Shown: positions 46,460 through 56,051, counted from the stretch's first letter. The stretch is 64,000 nt of DNA from Candidatus Methanophaga sp. AG-394-G06 (GCA_009903405.1 PRCZ01000001.1:55612-119611), one strand, 5' to 3'. Notes: generated from the letters alone by a model not told the origin. Numbers and translations: made by a program.

Positions 46460-48178
46460 ATGAGTGCAATATTGCGTGTTCATGGGCTTTGTAAGCGGTA
46501 CGAATTGTCAAAGATAGATAGAGATCTGGTAGCGCTGGATGATGTATCTTTTAAGTTAGAAAAAGGCGAGACGCTAGGGGTAATCGGAATGAGTGGGGCA
46601 GGTAAGACAACTTTGCTTCGTATGCTTCGCGGTTATGAGCGGTTTGATGAAGGTGTAATAGAGATAGATGGCATTAAAGTGACCCCTGATTCATCTTGGT
46701 CTGAGTACAGGAAGCTTAGAGAGAAGACGGCTTTTCATCTTCAACGCTCTTTTGCACTTTATAATGTTTCCGTGATAGACAATGTAATAAAACGGCTGAG
46801 GGCGAAGCAAACAGGTTTTGAAGATGTACCAGAGTTTGAGGACGAATACGATGAGTTAAAGGAAGAGGCATTTAAAATTCTTGATCTTGTTGGATTACGA
46901 GACAAATGGAATCATCTATACACGATTTTGAGCGGTGGTGACAAACAAAGGGTCTTGCTCGCGCGGCAACTAGCAAAAGAGCCTGCCATATTGCTCCTTG
47001 ATGAACCCGGCACGATGTCTGACCCTCTAACGAGGAAATATCTGCTTGAGTCTGTAAGACGGGTGAAAGATAAAGCCGGTATATCCATTTTACTCGTCTC
47101 CCACATGCCCGAAGTGCATGAATATCTTTGCGATCGGTTGCTCATGATGGATAAAGGGAAGATAGTAGAGGATGGAGAAACGAAAAGCGTGATTGATAAG
47201 TTCTTAACCCCTCTTGAGCCCGTAAAGCCTTTAGCGCCAATAAAGGATGAGCAGGACACGATGATCTGGATTGACGGTGTCTGGAAGAAATATGACATGG
47301 TCACATACCATACATTGATGCGAACGATAGAAATGCAAGACCTTAATATCCAGATTCCGAGAGGTAACATAGTAGGGATAGTTGGTCCTTCTGCAATGGG
47401 GAAGACGGTTTTAATGCGCTTATTAGGCGGTTTTGAGAAGCCGGATAGGGGTCATATTCTGATCAGGATAGGCACAGTGGACTTTGCTAATATTAGCGAG
47501 TATGGTAGTAGATCAATAGAAGCGCGGAGCAAATTAGGTATTATTCATCAGGAGTTTGCACTTCCGCCTTACCAGCTCGTTCAAGACCTTTTTGCACGAC
47601 GGATGGGGTTGAAGAAGTTCGAGATGGTGAAACATGCGATGGAAAGGGCGGAGGAATTTGGTATTAGTGACGTCACACTCGATGTTCTTTTACGACTTGC
47701 TGACTTGCCGGAGGAAGAGGCTAAGGGTAGACTTCGGGAGATAGATCTTGATATAGGGCTATTGAATGAACTGTTCCCAATATATCCGATGACCGAAGCA
47801 TTTAATGTTGCTAAGCCATACCTAAAAGCAGTGAACCTGCCTGATGAGATATTCAGTCGTTACATTTCGGAGACGAGTGTGGGTGAGGAGATAAGACTTG
47901 CAATTGCTGCCCTTATGGCCTCAAACTGTGAAATTCTACTATTAGACGAGCCTTTTGGTGACATAGACCCTGTTTCGTTGCGTATGGTAACGAATGCATT
48001 GAAAGATTTGAATCGTGAGTTCGGGACAACTATGTTGGTTGTGAGTCATCAGCTAGACGTGATTCGAGAGCTTACGCACGAAGCGATATTAATAGATGAG
48101 GGAAGACTTGTGTTGCGAGGCGATCCGGACGAGGTGTGTGATACATTCCTGGCGCAGAAGTTTAAAGAGCTGGAATAA
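46460..48178 (+). CDS. atwA: Double ABC-ATPase, likely MCR activation component A2 (AtwA)
   Basis: Two NBDs (GMSGAGKTT...LSGGDKQR...LLLDEP and GPSAMGKTV...LLLDEP) with no TM domain, 572 aa, in a methanogen context. Confidence 0.55.
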   Translation: MSAILRVHGLCKRYELSKIDRDLVALDDVSFKLEKGETLGVIGMSGAGKTTLLRMLRGYERFDEGVIEIDGIKVTPDSSWSEYRKLREKTAFHLQRSFALYNVSVIDNVIKRLRAKQTGFEDVPEFEDEYDELKEEAFKILDLVGLRDKWNHLYTILSGGDKQRVLLARQLAKEPAILLLDEPGTMSDPLTRKYLLESVRRVKDKAGISILLVSHMPEVHEYLCDRLLMMDKGKIVEDGETKSVIDKFLTPLEPVKPLAPIKDEQDTMIWIDGVWKKYDMVTYHTLMRTIEMQDLNIQIPRGNIVGIVGPSAMGKTVLMRLLGGFEKPDRGHILIRIGTVDFANISEYGSRSIEARSKLGIIHQEFALPPYQLVQDLFARRMGLKKFEMVKHAMERAEEFGISDVTLDVLLRLADLPEEEAKGRLREIDLDIGLLNELFPIYPMTEAFNVAKPYLKAVNLPDEIFSRYISETSVGEEIRLAIAALMASNCEILLLDEPFGDIDPVSLRMVTNALKDLNREFGTTMLVVSHQLDVIRELTHEAILIDEGRLVLRGDPDEVCDTFLAQKFKELE

Positions 48179-48195
48179 ATAAGAAATCGTTTTTT

Positions 48196-48270
48196 GCTCC
48201 GCTGGTGTAGTTCGGCCAAGCATGCGGGCCTCTCGAGCCCACGACCTGGGTTCAAATCCCAGGCGGAGCA
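48196..48270 (+). tRNA. tRNA-Glu (anticodon CUC)
   Basis: Acceptor gctccgc/gcggagc, anticodon loop ctCTCga, T arm ctggg-ttcaaat-cccag, discriminator A. One C-A mismatch at the base of the anticodon stem. Confidence 0.88.
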
Positions 48271-48274
48271 TATT
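48256..48274 (+). repeat. attL-like repeat (3' end of tRNA-Glu)
   Basis: atcccaggcggagcatatt, followed by atatca. Confidence 0.75.
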
Positions 48275-48460
48275 ATATCACGATTTGAACACTTCTCAAG
48301 CGTTTTCAAATTCCCCTAATTTATCACTGCCTATGTTAACATTAGAATCACAGGATATAAGAGCTTCAATTGATTGGATATTGAATATACTGTCTGAAGT
48401 ATAATCGGCAATGCACATCTTTCCCTTTTCCGTTTCCCTTTTTAAAAAAGAAAAAGTGTT

Positions 48461-48488
48461 GTGTTAATCTTGTAAAATCTCGTGGTTT
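48461..48488. repeat. 10-bp-periodic element downstream of the SAM-MTase gene
   Basis: gtgttaatcttgtaaaatctcgtggttt, 27/28 identical to 1414-1441. Ends 3 nt from the stop codon of the minus-strand gene. Confidence 0.8.
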
Positions 48489-48491
48489 TTC

Positions 48492-49052
48492 TTACTTTCT
48501 TTCTATATCGCCAATCACTTTGTTGCTCTTTCTAAACTTTAATATCTCTCCTTTTTCAACATCCACATTATCGTGAATGAGGTTTTCATTATGCTTACTC
48601 ACTAAATAGAAATTGGCATTTTCAATTTCTTTCTTAGCTCCAGATTCCATATGTTTCGGCCAGACAGAAAGAAAGCCATCTTGTTTTAAAATCATGTAAA
48701 TATCAGCCAATAATTTCCTTCTATCTGCGGGTGATGGGAAATAATAATCATGAAAGACATCGTAAAGCAAGACTATATCAATAGAATTATCATCAAGAGG
48801 AATTTTAGCTCCTCTTGATGTATCCACTCTTATTATATTTTCCAACCGCTCTGATTCAGCTTTTTGCATCAGTTCATCTAACGCTTTCTTATCTTCATCT
48901 AATGCATATACAATTCCTTTTGAATCAACTATTTTAGCAACTGGAATAGTATAGGTGCCCGAACCACAACCAAACTCCAGTATTATCTTTCCTTTACTAA
49001 TTCCTATTTGCATTAACGTTCCTGTGATTATTTCTTCCAAATCGTTTTTCAT
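48492..49052 (-). CDS. Class I SAM-dependent methyltransferase
   Basis: Motif I ILEFGCGSGTYT, then VYALDEDK and DIVLLYDVFHD, 186 aa. Confidence 0.8.
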   Translation of the reverse strand: MKNDLEEIITGTLMQIGISKGKIILEFGCGSGTYTIPVAKIVDSKGIVYALDEDKKALDELMQKAESERLENIIRVDTSRGAKIPLDDNSIDIVLLYDVFHDYYFPSPADRRKLLADIYMILKQDGFLSVWPKHMESGAKKEIENANFYLVSKHNENLIHDNVDVEKGEILKFRKSNKVIGDIERK

Positions 49053-49092
49053 TTATTTACTAAACAGTCTCGGATATTTTATTTAACTTGGA

Positions 49093-49268
49093 AAAGGGAA
49101 ATAACCAAAGAGGCTTTCAATCAGGATATACCTTATCTGATGAAGCCAGATGAATTAAATAACCCAATTGCCAAGTTTCAGGGTAGCGGTGAGAATCAGG
49201 TAGAGAGGCGTAAATATGAGGAGGGCGAAGAGCGGGTATACATTAACAAAACTCAATACTTCGAATGA
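49093..49268 (+). pseudogene. C-terminal fragment of a Type ISP/IIG-style RM enzyme
   Basis: Start-less frame ...KFQGSGENQVERRKYEEGEERVYINKTQYFE-stop. V-Y-I-N-x-T-Q-Y-F-E matches the remembered conserved block of Type ISP C-terminal domains, truncated before the GGY..KWL part. Confidence 0.35.
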
Positions 49269-49651
49269 ATTGAAAACTATGATTGAAGAAGAAGTTATTG
49301 AATTTTCTATACAAAAAGCTCGGACAGAGCCGCCTTCCGCATTTCTTAAGATTAACGATTCGTTGTTATTGTTGAGCTATCCATAATGAGGGGTGTACGT
49401 ACAATAGGCTCCTGGATAAAGGGTAGTGCCTTCGGCTATCCATACACTTGCTGTTGTGCCGTGGGTAGACTCGAAAGTCCAGTTTCCTATGTCCACGCTT
49501 TCATAGCTGGCTTCTAAGAAAGAGGGGAAGTAACTAACAGGTTTTAAGATGTTGGTATGTGTCGCAAATAGCAAAAAAACGTACATATATCGGAAAGTTT
49601 ATATGCCGACCCGGCTAATAGACATGGTAAAAGGCTGCGATAAAAGGAAAA

Positions 49652-50965
49652 ATGAAAAGACAAATTATAGCATTTTTGATAGCGTTGGTAGTGGTGACAG
49701 GTCTTACTGTAAGTGTGCATAGCGAAGAAACTTTTGACAAAAATTTAGGGAATTACGAACAGACTGTTATAGCGGAGTTAAGTAGTGCGTTAAAATCAAT
49801 GGGTGATATTTCTGTTGTGAAAGATACCGCAGATAGAGGATGTTTAACCGCACTAACAAAACAACAAGACTCGGATTTTATAAAATGGTCTAATGATACA
49901 GGAGAAACACAAGTAGGTTATATAAATTCAGTAACATTGGCCCTTGACCTCTTTAATTTGGATAGTGCGGAATTTTGGTTTGGTGAAATGTATAGGGATG
50001 CCTCAGATAGATTGGTTGAAATCGACAAATTTGATGTATCTCCAGCGATGCAACCTGCAAAAAATGAGTTTAAATTAATGCTTCAAGATTTAAAACAGGG
50101 TGCTTATTACGGTGAGAGGGGAGTAAAAAACCTAGATACAGATGATTTAGATACTGGTACTACCTATTTTGAAAATGCTACTGAGCATCTTGAGAATTTT
50201 AAAAAACTCACTCCCGAAGATACAGAAGAAATCCCTGAAGATACAGAAGAAATCCCAACATTCCTTTTGGTAGATAATGTAAGTCTCTGCGATGCAATTT
50301 ATATTTCAATAGGAAATGCCTCTGTTACAGATTTCTTGAATGCCACAAACATGACAACTGTTCAAGTCTATAACTTCAAAGGTTACAAGGGGGAAAATAC
50401 ATGGAAGGTTCAATGGTCTTTCTCAAACAGGTTGCTGGATGTATATATTAATGTGACAACAGGGAGTGTAGTTGGAATAGAAGAGAAAACAACACCAACA
50501 CCAGCGCCAACGTCAACACCCACTCCAACAGCTACACTATTTGAAAAGATAGAAGGACTTACTGCGATAACTGTTGTTGGTGGTAGCTGGAGCTGGGATA
50601 ATTGGGATGCAGACATGGAAAATGATGGATTTGTTATTCAGATAATGTATCTTGATGCAAGAGGAAACCCTATTATTGATGAAAACATTAAGAAGATGCC
50701 TATATCTGCCGATGTGAAGCTATATGTCACTGATAGTGTTACGGGTCCAAAGGATAAATTGGTATTCTCTGCTCATTATACAGAAGATGAAATAATTCTT
50801 GACAGTAAATTCAGTTGTTTTCCCGAGATTCGTATTCCCAAAGAAGAAATATCTGTTAATCCTTCTACGGATTATCAGTATGGTGCTGTTGAGGTGACGA
50901 TTTACACTCCAGTACAAGGCTCTTTCGCGGATAGAGTCGATAGCATTAGACTTTATGAAGAATGA
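49652..50965 (+). CDS. Secreted protein with PepSY-like module and Thr/Pro linker
   Basis: Signal peptide MKRQIIAFLIALVVVTGLTVSVHS, tandem PEDTEEI x2, module CDAIYISIGN...VQVYNFKGYKGENTWKVQW...VYINVTTGSVVGIEE, linker TTPTPAPTSTPTPT. Confidence 0.7.
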   Translation: MKRQIIAFLIALVVVTGLTVSVHSEETFDKNLGNYEQTVIAELSSALKSMGDISVVKDTADRGCLTALTKQQDSDFIKWSNDTGETQVGYINSVTLALDLFNLDSAEFWFGEMYRDASDRLVEIDKFDVSPAMQPAKNEFKLMLQDLKQGAYYGERGVKNLDTDDLDTGTTYFENATEHLENFKKLTPEDTEEIPEDTEEIPTFLLVDNVSLCDAIYISIGNASVTDFLNATNMTTVQVYNFKGYKGENTWKVQWSFSNRLLDVYINVTTGSVVGIEEKTTPTPAPTSTPTPTATLFEKIEGLTAITVVGGSWSWDNWDADMENDGFVIQIMYLDARGNPIIDENIKKMPISADVKLYVTDSVTGPKDKLVFSAHYTEDEIILDSKFSCFPEIRIPKEEISVNPSTDYQYGAVEVTIYTPVQGSFADRVDSIRLYEE

Positions 50966-51004
50966 ATAACCGAGAGGTTTTTTAAAAAGGAGGTAAAAGA
51001 AAAA

Positions 51005-51688
51005 ATGAAAAAACAAATCGTAGCAATTTTAGCAATTATCGCAGTGATAACCACACTTTTTACAGTAAGTGCACTTAGTAACGAAGTAGGATATAAATTG
51101 AGTCCATGCGATGCAATTGACCTATCATTAAAAACTACCGCCGTTACTGACTTCTTGAACGCAACAAACATGACAACTGTTCAAGTCTATAACTTCAAAG
51201 GCTACAAGGGGGAAAATACATGGAAGGTTCAATGGACTTCTTCAGACAGCTTGCTTGATGTGTATGTTAATGTGGCAACAGGTAATATCGCTGGGATAGA
51301 AGAGCAAAAAAATCCTATCCATTCTGTTCAGGCTTCTGAAACACCGAGATGGCATCCTGTTATTTCGTTTAGCATGTGTTATGGGGCAACACAACCATTC
51401 ACTATAAAGGGTGAAAAATGGCGAGTGCAATATTTATCAAGTACAACATATACAGCTAGGACAATGGCTGAAGAGGATGGTATTTCTTATTCCGAACTGC
51501 GGGTAGCCATTTACCCTAAAGATGAAACAATAGACCTTGTGAGTTTATTTCGGAGCAGTGATATCGACTGTAATAGAACACAATACATGTATAGAGGGGC
51601 GGGAAAAGGTAGTGATAACTATTATTTCAATGTGACTAAGGCATGGAACCTCGATTGGTGGCAGATTTTAGTAGAGGATTACTATTAA
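51005..51688 (+). CDS. Secreted paralog sharing the PepSY-like module
   Basis: Signal peptide, then CDAIDLSLK...VQVYNFKGYKGENTWKVQW...VYVNVATGNIAGIEE. A 72-nt block (51164-51235) is 71/72 identical to 50345-50416. Confidence 0.7.
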   Translation: MKKQIVAILAIIAVITTLFTVSALSNEVGYKLSPCDAIDLSLKTTAVTDFLNATNMTTVQVYNFKGYKGENTWKVQWTSSDSLLDVYVNVATGNIAGIEEQKNPIHSVQASETPRWHPVISFSMCYGATQPFTIKGEKWRVQYLSSTTYTARTMAEEDGISYSELRVAIYPKDETIDLVSLFRSSDIDCNRTQYMYRGAGKGSDNYYFNVTKAWNLDWWQILVEDYY

Positions 51689-52101
51689 TCCTCTTTTTTC
51701 TTTTTTGCTCTACCCTCTTTTGGTTTTATGTAACACTGCTATACAAGTTGAAACCATTTCTAAGAAATAAAGCGCTTTTATAGGTGTCTTCTAACGGGAT
51801 GTAAGAGACTTGGTAATATCCCAGCACCTACAATCTTTATTGCTTACATTGAGCTGTGAGTATGGTTGTTCTAGGTGGAATTATGGAATCGACAAGCCGT
51901 TAATGTTAACCTAGCTTCTATCAAATACCAATATTGTCGTCCCCAATAATATTCATTCTATTTTTATCACAAGTATCCCCTTATCATACCCACTCATAAG
52001 GATCAAATTCAGAAGGCGGAACATAGATAACCTCAGCATATCCATCTCTTACCAGCTTCTCATTTAGATTTGTATCGTTTTACTAGTAAATCCGTGATAA
52101 T

Positions 52102-52120
52102 ATCCCAGGCGGAGCATATT
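52102..52120 (+). repeat. attR-like partial copy of the tRNA-Glu 3' end
   Basis: atcccaggcggagcatatt, then tgtattatatca (a 6-nt insertion, tgtatt, relative to the tRNA-side flank atatca). Confidence 0.75.
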
Positions 52121-52129
52121 TGTATTATA

Positions 52130-52588
52130 TCAAAACTCATCCAACCTTTTGTTCCGCTTTCTGCCTTTGTGCTCAGAACACAGACCCGGATCTATTATGT
52201 GTATCACGGAGAGGCCATGCAGTTTGAGCGCATCCGCAATAAATCGGCGATGACAACTGGAGAATAAACGTTCCGCACACATGATCGCTACTCGTTTCGA
52301 TCTTGCAAGTGTTTCAACATAGTCTAACCCCCTTCCAAATTCGCCGGTCTTCATATACTTCGTATATCCCCCTTTCCTGTAGCCGCCTAGTTCTGTAACG
52401 TGATGATATTCTATACCGCACTGATTCAAACTCACTTTTAGGTTCTCCTGCTTGAAGTGCTTGTGCCTTGACGTAGGGAATCGTCTCACATCTACTACTG
52501 CCTCTATCAGGTATGCCGCGAGCAAGTTTAAGAATTCATCTATACTCCGGTTACTTGTTCCAATAGTCCATATTTCCAATTCAGACAT
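52130..52588 (-). CDS. DUF488 family protein
   Basis: IWTIGTSNRSIDEFLNLL, VVDVRRFPTSR, ELGGYR, AIMCAE. These are typical DUF488 blocks. Confidence 0.75.
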   Translation of the reverse strand: MSELEIWTIGTSNRSIDEFLNLLAAYLIEAVVDVRRFPTSRHKHFKQENLKVSLNQCGIEYHHVTELGGYRKGGYTKYMKTGEFGRGLDYVETLARSKRVAIMCAERLFSSCHRRFIADALKLHGLSVIHIIDPGLCSEHKGRKRNKRLDEF

Positions 52589-52630
52589 TTTCGAGCAAGT
52601 CCAAAAATTTTGAGCTGTTACGATATTAAG

Positions 52631-53746
52631 TTAAGTATGCTTCTTCTTCCGCTTCACACGATCAAAAACGCCCCGCTGTTCCATTATCTCCCTTGTCTCG
52701 CCGGTTATAACTAGCTCGGCATCCTTTAGATCTATCGTGTTTTTACAACCCGTTAAGAACATTGCGACTTTTAATTCCTCGCCAAATTCCGTTATTTTCG
52801 CTATTACCTTGTCTACGCTACTTTTTATGCTGTCGCTTTCCATTGCGGGTTTCAGAAACGGCAAAGCAGCACTACAGATATTGGAACCTAAAGCAATGCC
52901 CTTTGCAATATCAAGCCCATTTCTTATTCCTCCAGTGGCGATTATAGGGATAGTAAAAGGAAGTGCACTACACTCTACAATGCTTTCCACCGTGGAGATG
53001 CCCCAATTCCAACCGAAGAGATTGCCTAAATGTGCTCCTAACTCATCCCCTTCTGCATTCGCACGGTATATCTCAGCAGCAGCTAAACTTGTTCCGCCTA
53101 AGCCGCCCACATCTATCGCAGATACGCCTGACCCATGTAACATCTTCGCCATTGTATAACTAATCCCGGCACCCGTCTCCTTTACAATCACGGGCTTCTT
53201 TATCTCCTTGCATACCTCGGTTATCGCCGCTAAACAACCGCTTGCATCTACGTTACCCTCGGGCTGAATAGCTTCCTGTAAAAAGTTAAGGTGTATTGCA
53301 ATAGCATCTGCACCTATCATCTCTATAACTCGCTCAACACCCTCTACCCCATATTCCTTCAATTGTGGAGCGCCTAAGTTCGCATAGATGAACGAATCGG
53401 GCGCAACGTCACGAACCACACGAAAAGAATCCTCTAGTTCGGTACCTTCCAACGCCGCTCGCTGAGAGCCAACACCCATACCAACGCCAAGCGTTTCCGC
53501 AGCTTCTGCAAGGACCATATTTACCTTTCTCGTATCCGGATGCCCGCCGGTCATCGAAGCAATCATTATCGGATATTGAAACGAAAAACCTAAAAACTCA
53601 GTCTTTAAATCTATCGCCTCTTTATCTAGCTCGGGTAATGCAACATGAACAAGCTTAACGTCCGCAAAACAATTCACTCCTGCTTCCACTTCCTTTTCCG
53701 TACATATCTGGAGTTGTTCTATCTTCCTTCTCGATGTTTGGTTCAT
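52631..53746 (-). CDS. fni: Type 2 isopentenyl-diphosphate delta-isomerase (FMN-dependent)
   Basis: RKIEQLQIC, YPIMIASMTGG, VIVKETGAG, IDVGGLGGTS, ATGGIRNGLD. Confidence 0.9.
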   Translation of the reverse strand: MNQTSRRKIEQLQICTEKEVEAGVNCFADVKLVHVALPELDKEAIDLKTEFLGFSFQYPIMIASMTGGHPDTRKVNMVLAEAAETLGVGMGVGSQRAALEGTELEDSFRVVRDVAPDSFIYANLGAPQLKEYGVEGVERVIEMIGADAIAIHLNFLQEAIQPEGNVDASGCLAAITEVCKEIKKPVIVKETGAGISYTMAKMLHGSGVSAIDVGGLGGTSLAAAEIYRANAEGDELGAHLGNLFGWNWGISTVESIVECSALPFTIPIIATGGIRNGLDIAKGIALGSNICSAALPFLKPAMESDSIKSSVDKVIAKITEFGEELKVAMFLTGCKNTIDLKDAELVITGETREIMEQRGVFDRVKRKKKHT

Positions 53747-53813
53747 TCCTACCCTTCCAATAACAATGCCAATAAGTATTATTTGTATGCACTAATAGGT
53801 AATATATTATCTA

Positions 53814-55106
53814 ATGAATCTAACCGAATTATCCCAGGGCACGGCAAAAGTTTTTATAGATACTTTCGGCTGCACCGCAAATACCGGTGACACAATGGAA
53901 ATGCGAGCGATACTAAGAAATGCCGGTCATGAGATAGTAGAAGAAAGTGAAGCGGATATTGTTATAGTGAATACATGCACAGTAACGAAAAGAACAGAGT
54001 TAAATGTGATAAAGAGACTGAATGAGTTAAAAGAGCGTGGTAAAGCGGTAGTTGTGGCTGGTTGCATGGCGGCGGCACAGCCAGAACTGGTAAAAAGCAT
54101 TTTAGGTGATGATGTAGCAATGGTGACGCCCCGAGATATTCAAGCAAGTGAAAAGCAAAGGCTTGAGTTTGATGGTGTTATTGCGGTGATTACAATAGCA
54201 CAGGGTTGCATAGGTAAATGCACCTATTGTATCGTGAAACAAGCGCGGGGCAAGCTGAAAAGCTACAAGCCGGAAAAGATATGCGAGGCGGTTAAGAGTG
54301 CAGTGGAAAGCGGTGCGAACGAGATAAGGATAACATCGCAGGATTCTAGTGCATACGGTTGGGGCAGCACCGATATAAAACTACCGGCGTTGTTAGAACA
54401 GATAACATCAGTGGAAGGCGATTTTAGGATAAGAGTGGGTATGATGAATCCCTTCACGCTGATGCCTATCCTGGACGAACTCCTTGAGGCGTTCAACACT
54501 GAGAAAATCTTCAAATTCTTTCACGTGCCCGTGCAATCAGGCTCTGACCGGGTACTGAGAGAGATGAGAAGGAATTACAAAGTCGCTGATTTCATTGAGA
54601 TTGTAACAAACATAAGGGCGCGATTCAGACAGAGCACAATATCCACAGATTTCATCATTGGTTTTCCAACCGAGACGGAAGAGGATTTCTTCGCATCACT
54701 AAATTTAATGGATGAAATAAAGCCTGAAAAAGTGAACATAACACGGTTCTCACCAAGACCCGGGACAGAAGCATCAAAGTTAACGGACTTGTTGGAACGG
54801 GAGAAGAAGCGAAGGTCGAGAATATTCTCTACTGGTTATCACAATATTGTGTTCGCGAAGAACAAGGAATTAGAAGGGGCAGAACTACATGTTTTAGTAA
54901 CGGAGACGGGGAAAAAGGGAGGCGTAATAGCTAGAGACGGGGCGTATAGGGCGATAGTACTGAAAGATGATTTGCCGCTCGGAGCCCATTATAAAGTAAG
55001 GGTAAAGGAGGCAAAGAGCACTTATTTAGTGGCTGATATTTTACAACCTTCGTTCAGAACTTCACCATCTGTGCATGCGGCACACCATCCACGAAGATCA
55101 CATTAG
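53814..55106 (+). CDS. mtaB: Radical SAM methylthiotransferase, MtaB/CDKAL1-like (MiaB family)
   Basis: UPF0004 N-domain (FIDTFGCTANTGDTE), CxxxCxxC as GCIGKCTYCIV, C-terminal TRAM-like domain. The last ~17 codons overlap the convergent gene. Confidence 0.8.
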   Translation: MNLTELSQGTAKVFIDTFGCTANTGDTMEMRAILRNAGHEIVEESEADIVIVNTCTVTKRTELNVIKRLNELKERGKAVVVAGCMAAAQPELVKSILGDDVAMVTPRDIQASEKQRLEFDGVIAVITIAQGCIGKCTYCIVKQARGKLKSYKPEKICEAVKSAVESGANEIRITSQDSSAYGWGSTDIKLPALLEQITSVEGDFRIRVGMMNPFTLMPILDELLEAFNTEKIFKFFHVPVQSGSDRVLREMRRNYKVADFIEIVTNIRARFRQSTISTDFIIGFPTETEEDFFASLNLMDEIKPEKVNITRFSPRPGTEASKLTDLLEREKKRRSRIFSTGYHNIVFAKNKELEGAELHVLVTETGKKGGVIARDGAYRAIVLKDDLPLGAHYKVRVKEAKSTYLVADILQPSFRTSPSVHAAHHPRRSH

Positions 55107-55362
55107 CATTGTCGATAAAATTATTGTCTAGTGCGCATTTAATTGCCCTTTTACCTACCAGATTCGCTATTCTTGCGTGCTTCAAAGAAGCTATCACTTC
55201 TCTTTCGGTCGCTTCGTCACCTTTATAAAAACCTTCCGTGATTTTTAGATTCAGATCGCCATCAACAAAACGTTTACCTATTAATTCCGTATCGCAGACT
55301 GCCACCATTAGCCCGGAGTCAAGAGTATGTTCCTTAATATACATCTTTTTTTGCTTGTTCAC
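55054..55362 (-). CDS. DUF424 family archaeal protein
   Basis: 102 aa: LMVAVCDTELIGKRF...GFYKG......ANLVGKRAI...VDGVPHAQ. Confidence 0.65.
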   Translation of the reverse strand: MNKQKKMYIKEHTLDSGLMVAVCDTELIGKRFVDGDLNLKITEGFYKGDEATEREVIASLKHARIANLVGKRAIKCALDNNFIDNANVIFVDGVPHAQMVKF

Positions 55363-55501
55363 GCATAATAAAATAAAAGATAAATAAGTTATTATAAAAA
55401 TATTAATCTAGTAGTATAGATAATAGCCAAATAGTGAGCAGCTAAATGTACTCTCATATCAGGTATACGGTATTTGGTTATACAATACCCAATTAAGAAA
55501 A

Positions 55502-55576
55502 GGGCTCGTAGCTTAGCCTGGTTGGAGCGCTCGGCTGATAACCGAGAGGTCTGGAGTTCAAATCTCCGCGGGCCCA
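55502..55576 (+). tRNA. tRNA-Ile (anticodon GAU)
   Basis: Acceptor gggctcg/cgggccc (one G-U), anticodon arm ctcgg-ctGATaa-ccgag, T arm tggag-ttcaaat-ctccg, discriminator A. Confidence 0.9.
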
Positions 55577-55644
55577 TAAATAAAACGTTCTTAAGAAGAA
55601 AGTTTTATCAAAGAAAACATTAAAAATAAAAGCGGGGAAGAAAA

Positions 55645-56007
55645 ATGGGGATTGAGACAAGAGTAATTTTAATCTCGCCTGATTCTGAGATAACACCGGA
55701 ACAATTGAAGAGTAGGCTTTTGACTTTGATTAGCGAAGATAAAAGCATAGCCGGCTCAGACGTCAGGGTAAAAGAGACATGTTTTGGCGCTTTAATAGAA
55801 GGAGAAGAGCAGACACTAAGAGAGATTGTGGAAGAGGTAAGGAAAATAGATAAAAATGGCATCTTTTCTAAACCTCGAGGGTTTCCAATCGGCGATCCAA
55901 GGATATGTAGAGCGACAAGAAAAGGTGGACCCAGACCGGGTTTTCACCAGTTAGAACTCGAATCCCAGCTGCTACCTAAGGTAAGAAAGGCATTGGATAA
56001 GATATAA
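55645..56007 (+). CDS. Conserved-looking small hypothetical protein (possibly a methanogenesis-marker family member)
   Basis: 120 aa with GFPIGDPRICRATRKGGPRPG. The family assignment is only a weak recollection. Confidence 0.4.
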   Translation: MGIETRVILISPDSEITPEQLKSRLLTLISEDKSIAGSDVRVKETCFGALIEGEEQTLREIVEEVRKIDKNGIFSKPRGFPIGDPRICRATRKGGPRPGFHQLELESQLLPKVRKALDKI

Positions 56008-56051
56008 AAAAAGAAAGCAAATAGAATCAATACAAATGAGGATAAGATAAC

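Larger units (their letters stand above)
48256..52120. mobile_element. Putative degraded integrated element in tRNA-Glu (integrase not detectable)
   Basis: A 19-bp perfect direct repeat atcccaggcggagcatatt occurs at 48256-48274 (tRNA 3' end) and 52102-52120. The interior holds a SAM-MTase, RM and nuclease gene fragments, and two secreted paralogs. Confidence 0.55.

Noticed and set aside
49377-49586. 69-aa minus-strand ORF inside the tRNA-Glu island (DIGNWTFESTHGTT...GTTLYPGAY)
   Set aside because: It faintly resembles a lamin-tail-type beta-sandwich fragment. It is too short and the similarity too weak to call, so I treat it as possible debris only.
51815-51835. taatatcccag near 51820, resembling the start of the attR copy
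   Set aside because: Only about 11 nt match, which is within chance expectation for a 64-kb window.
55054-55106. 53-nt convergent overlap of mtaB and the DUF424 gene
   Set aside because: The mtaB tail (PSFRTSPSVHAAHHPRRSH) looks like a non-conserved read-on past the TRAM domain. It is probably a trivial 3' overlap or a slightly mis-set end, not a regulatory feature.
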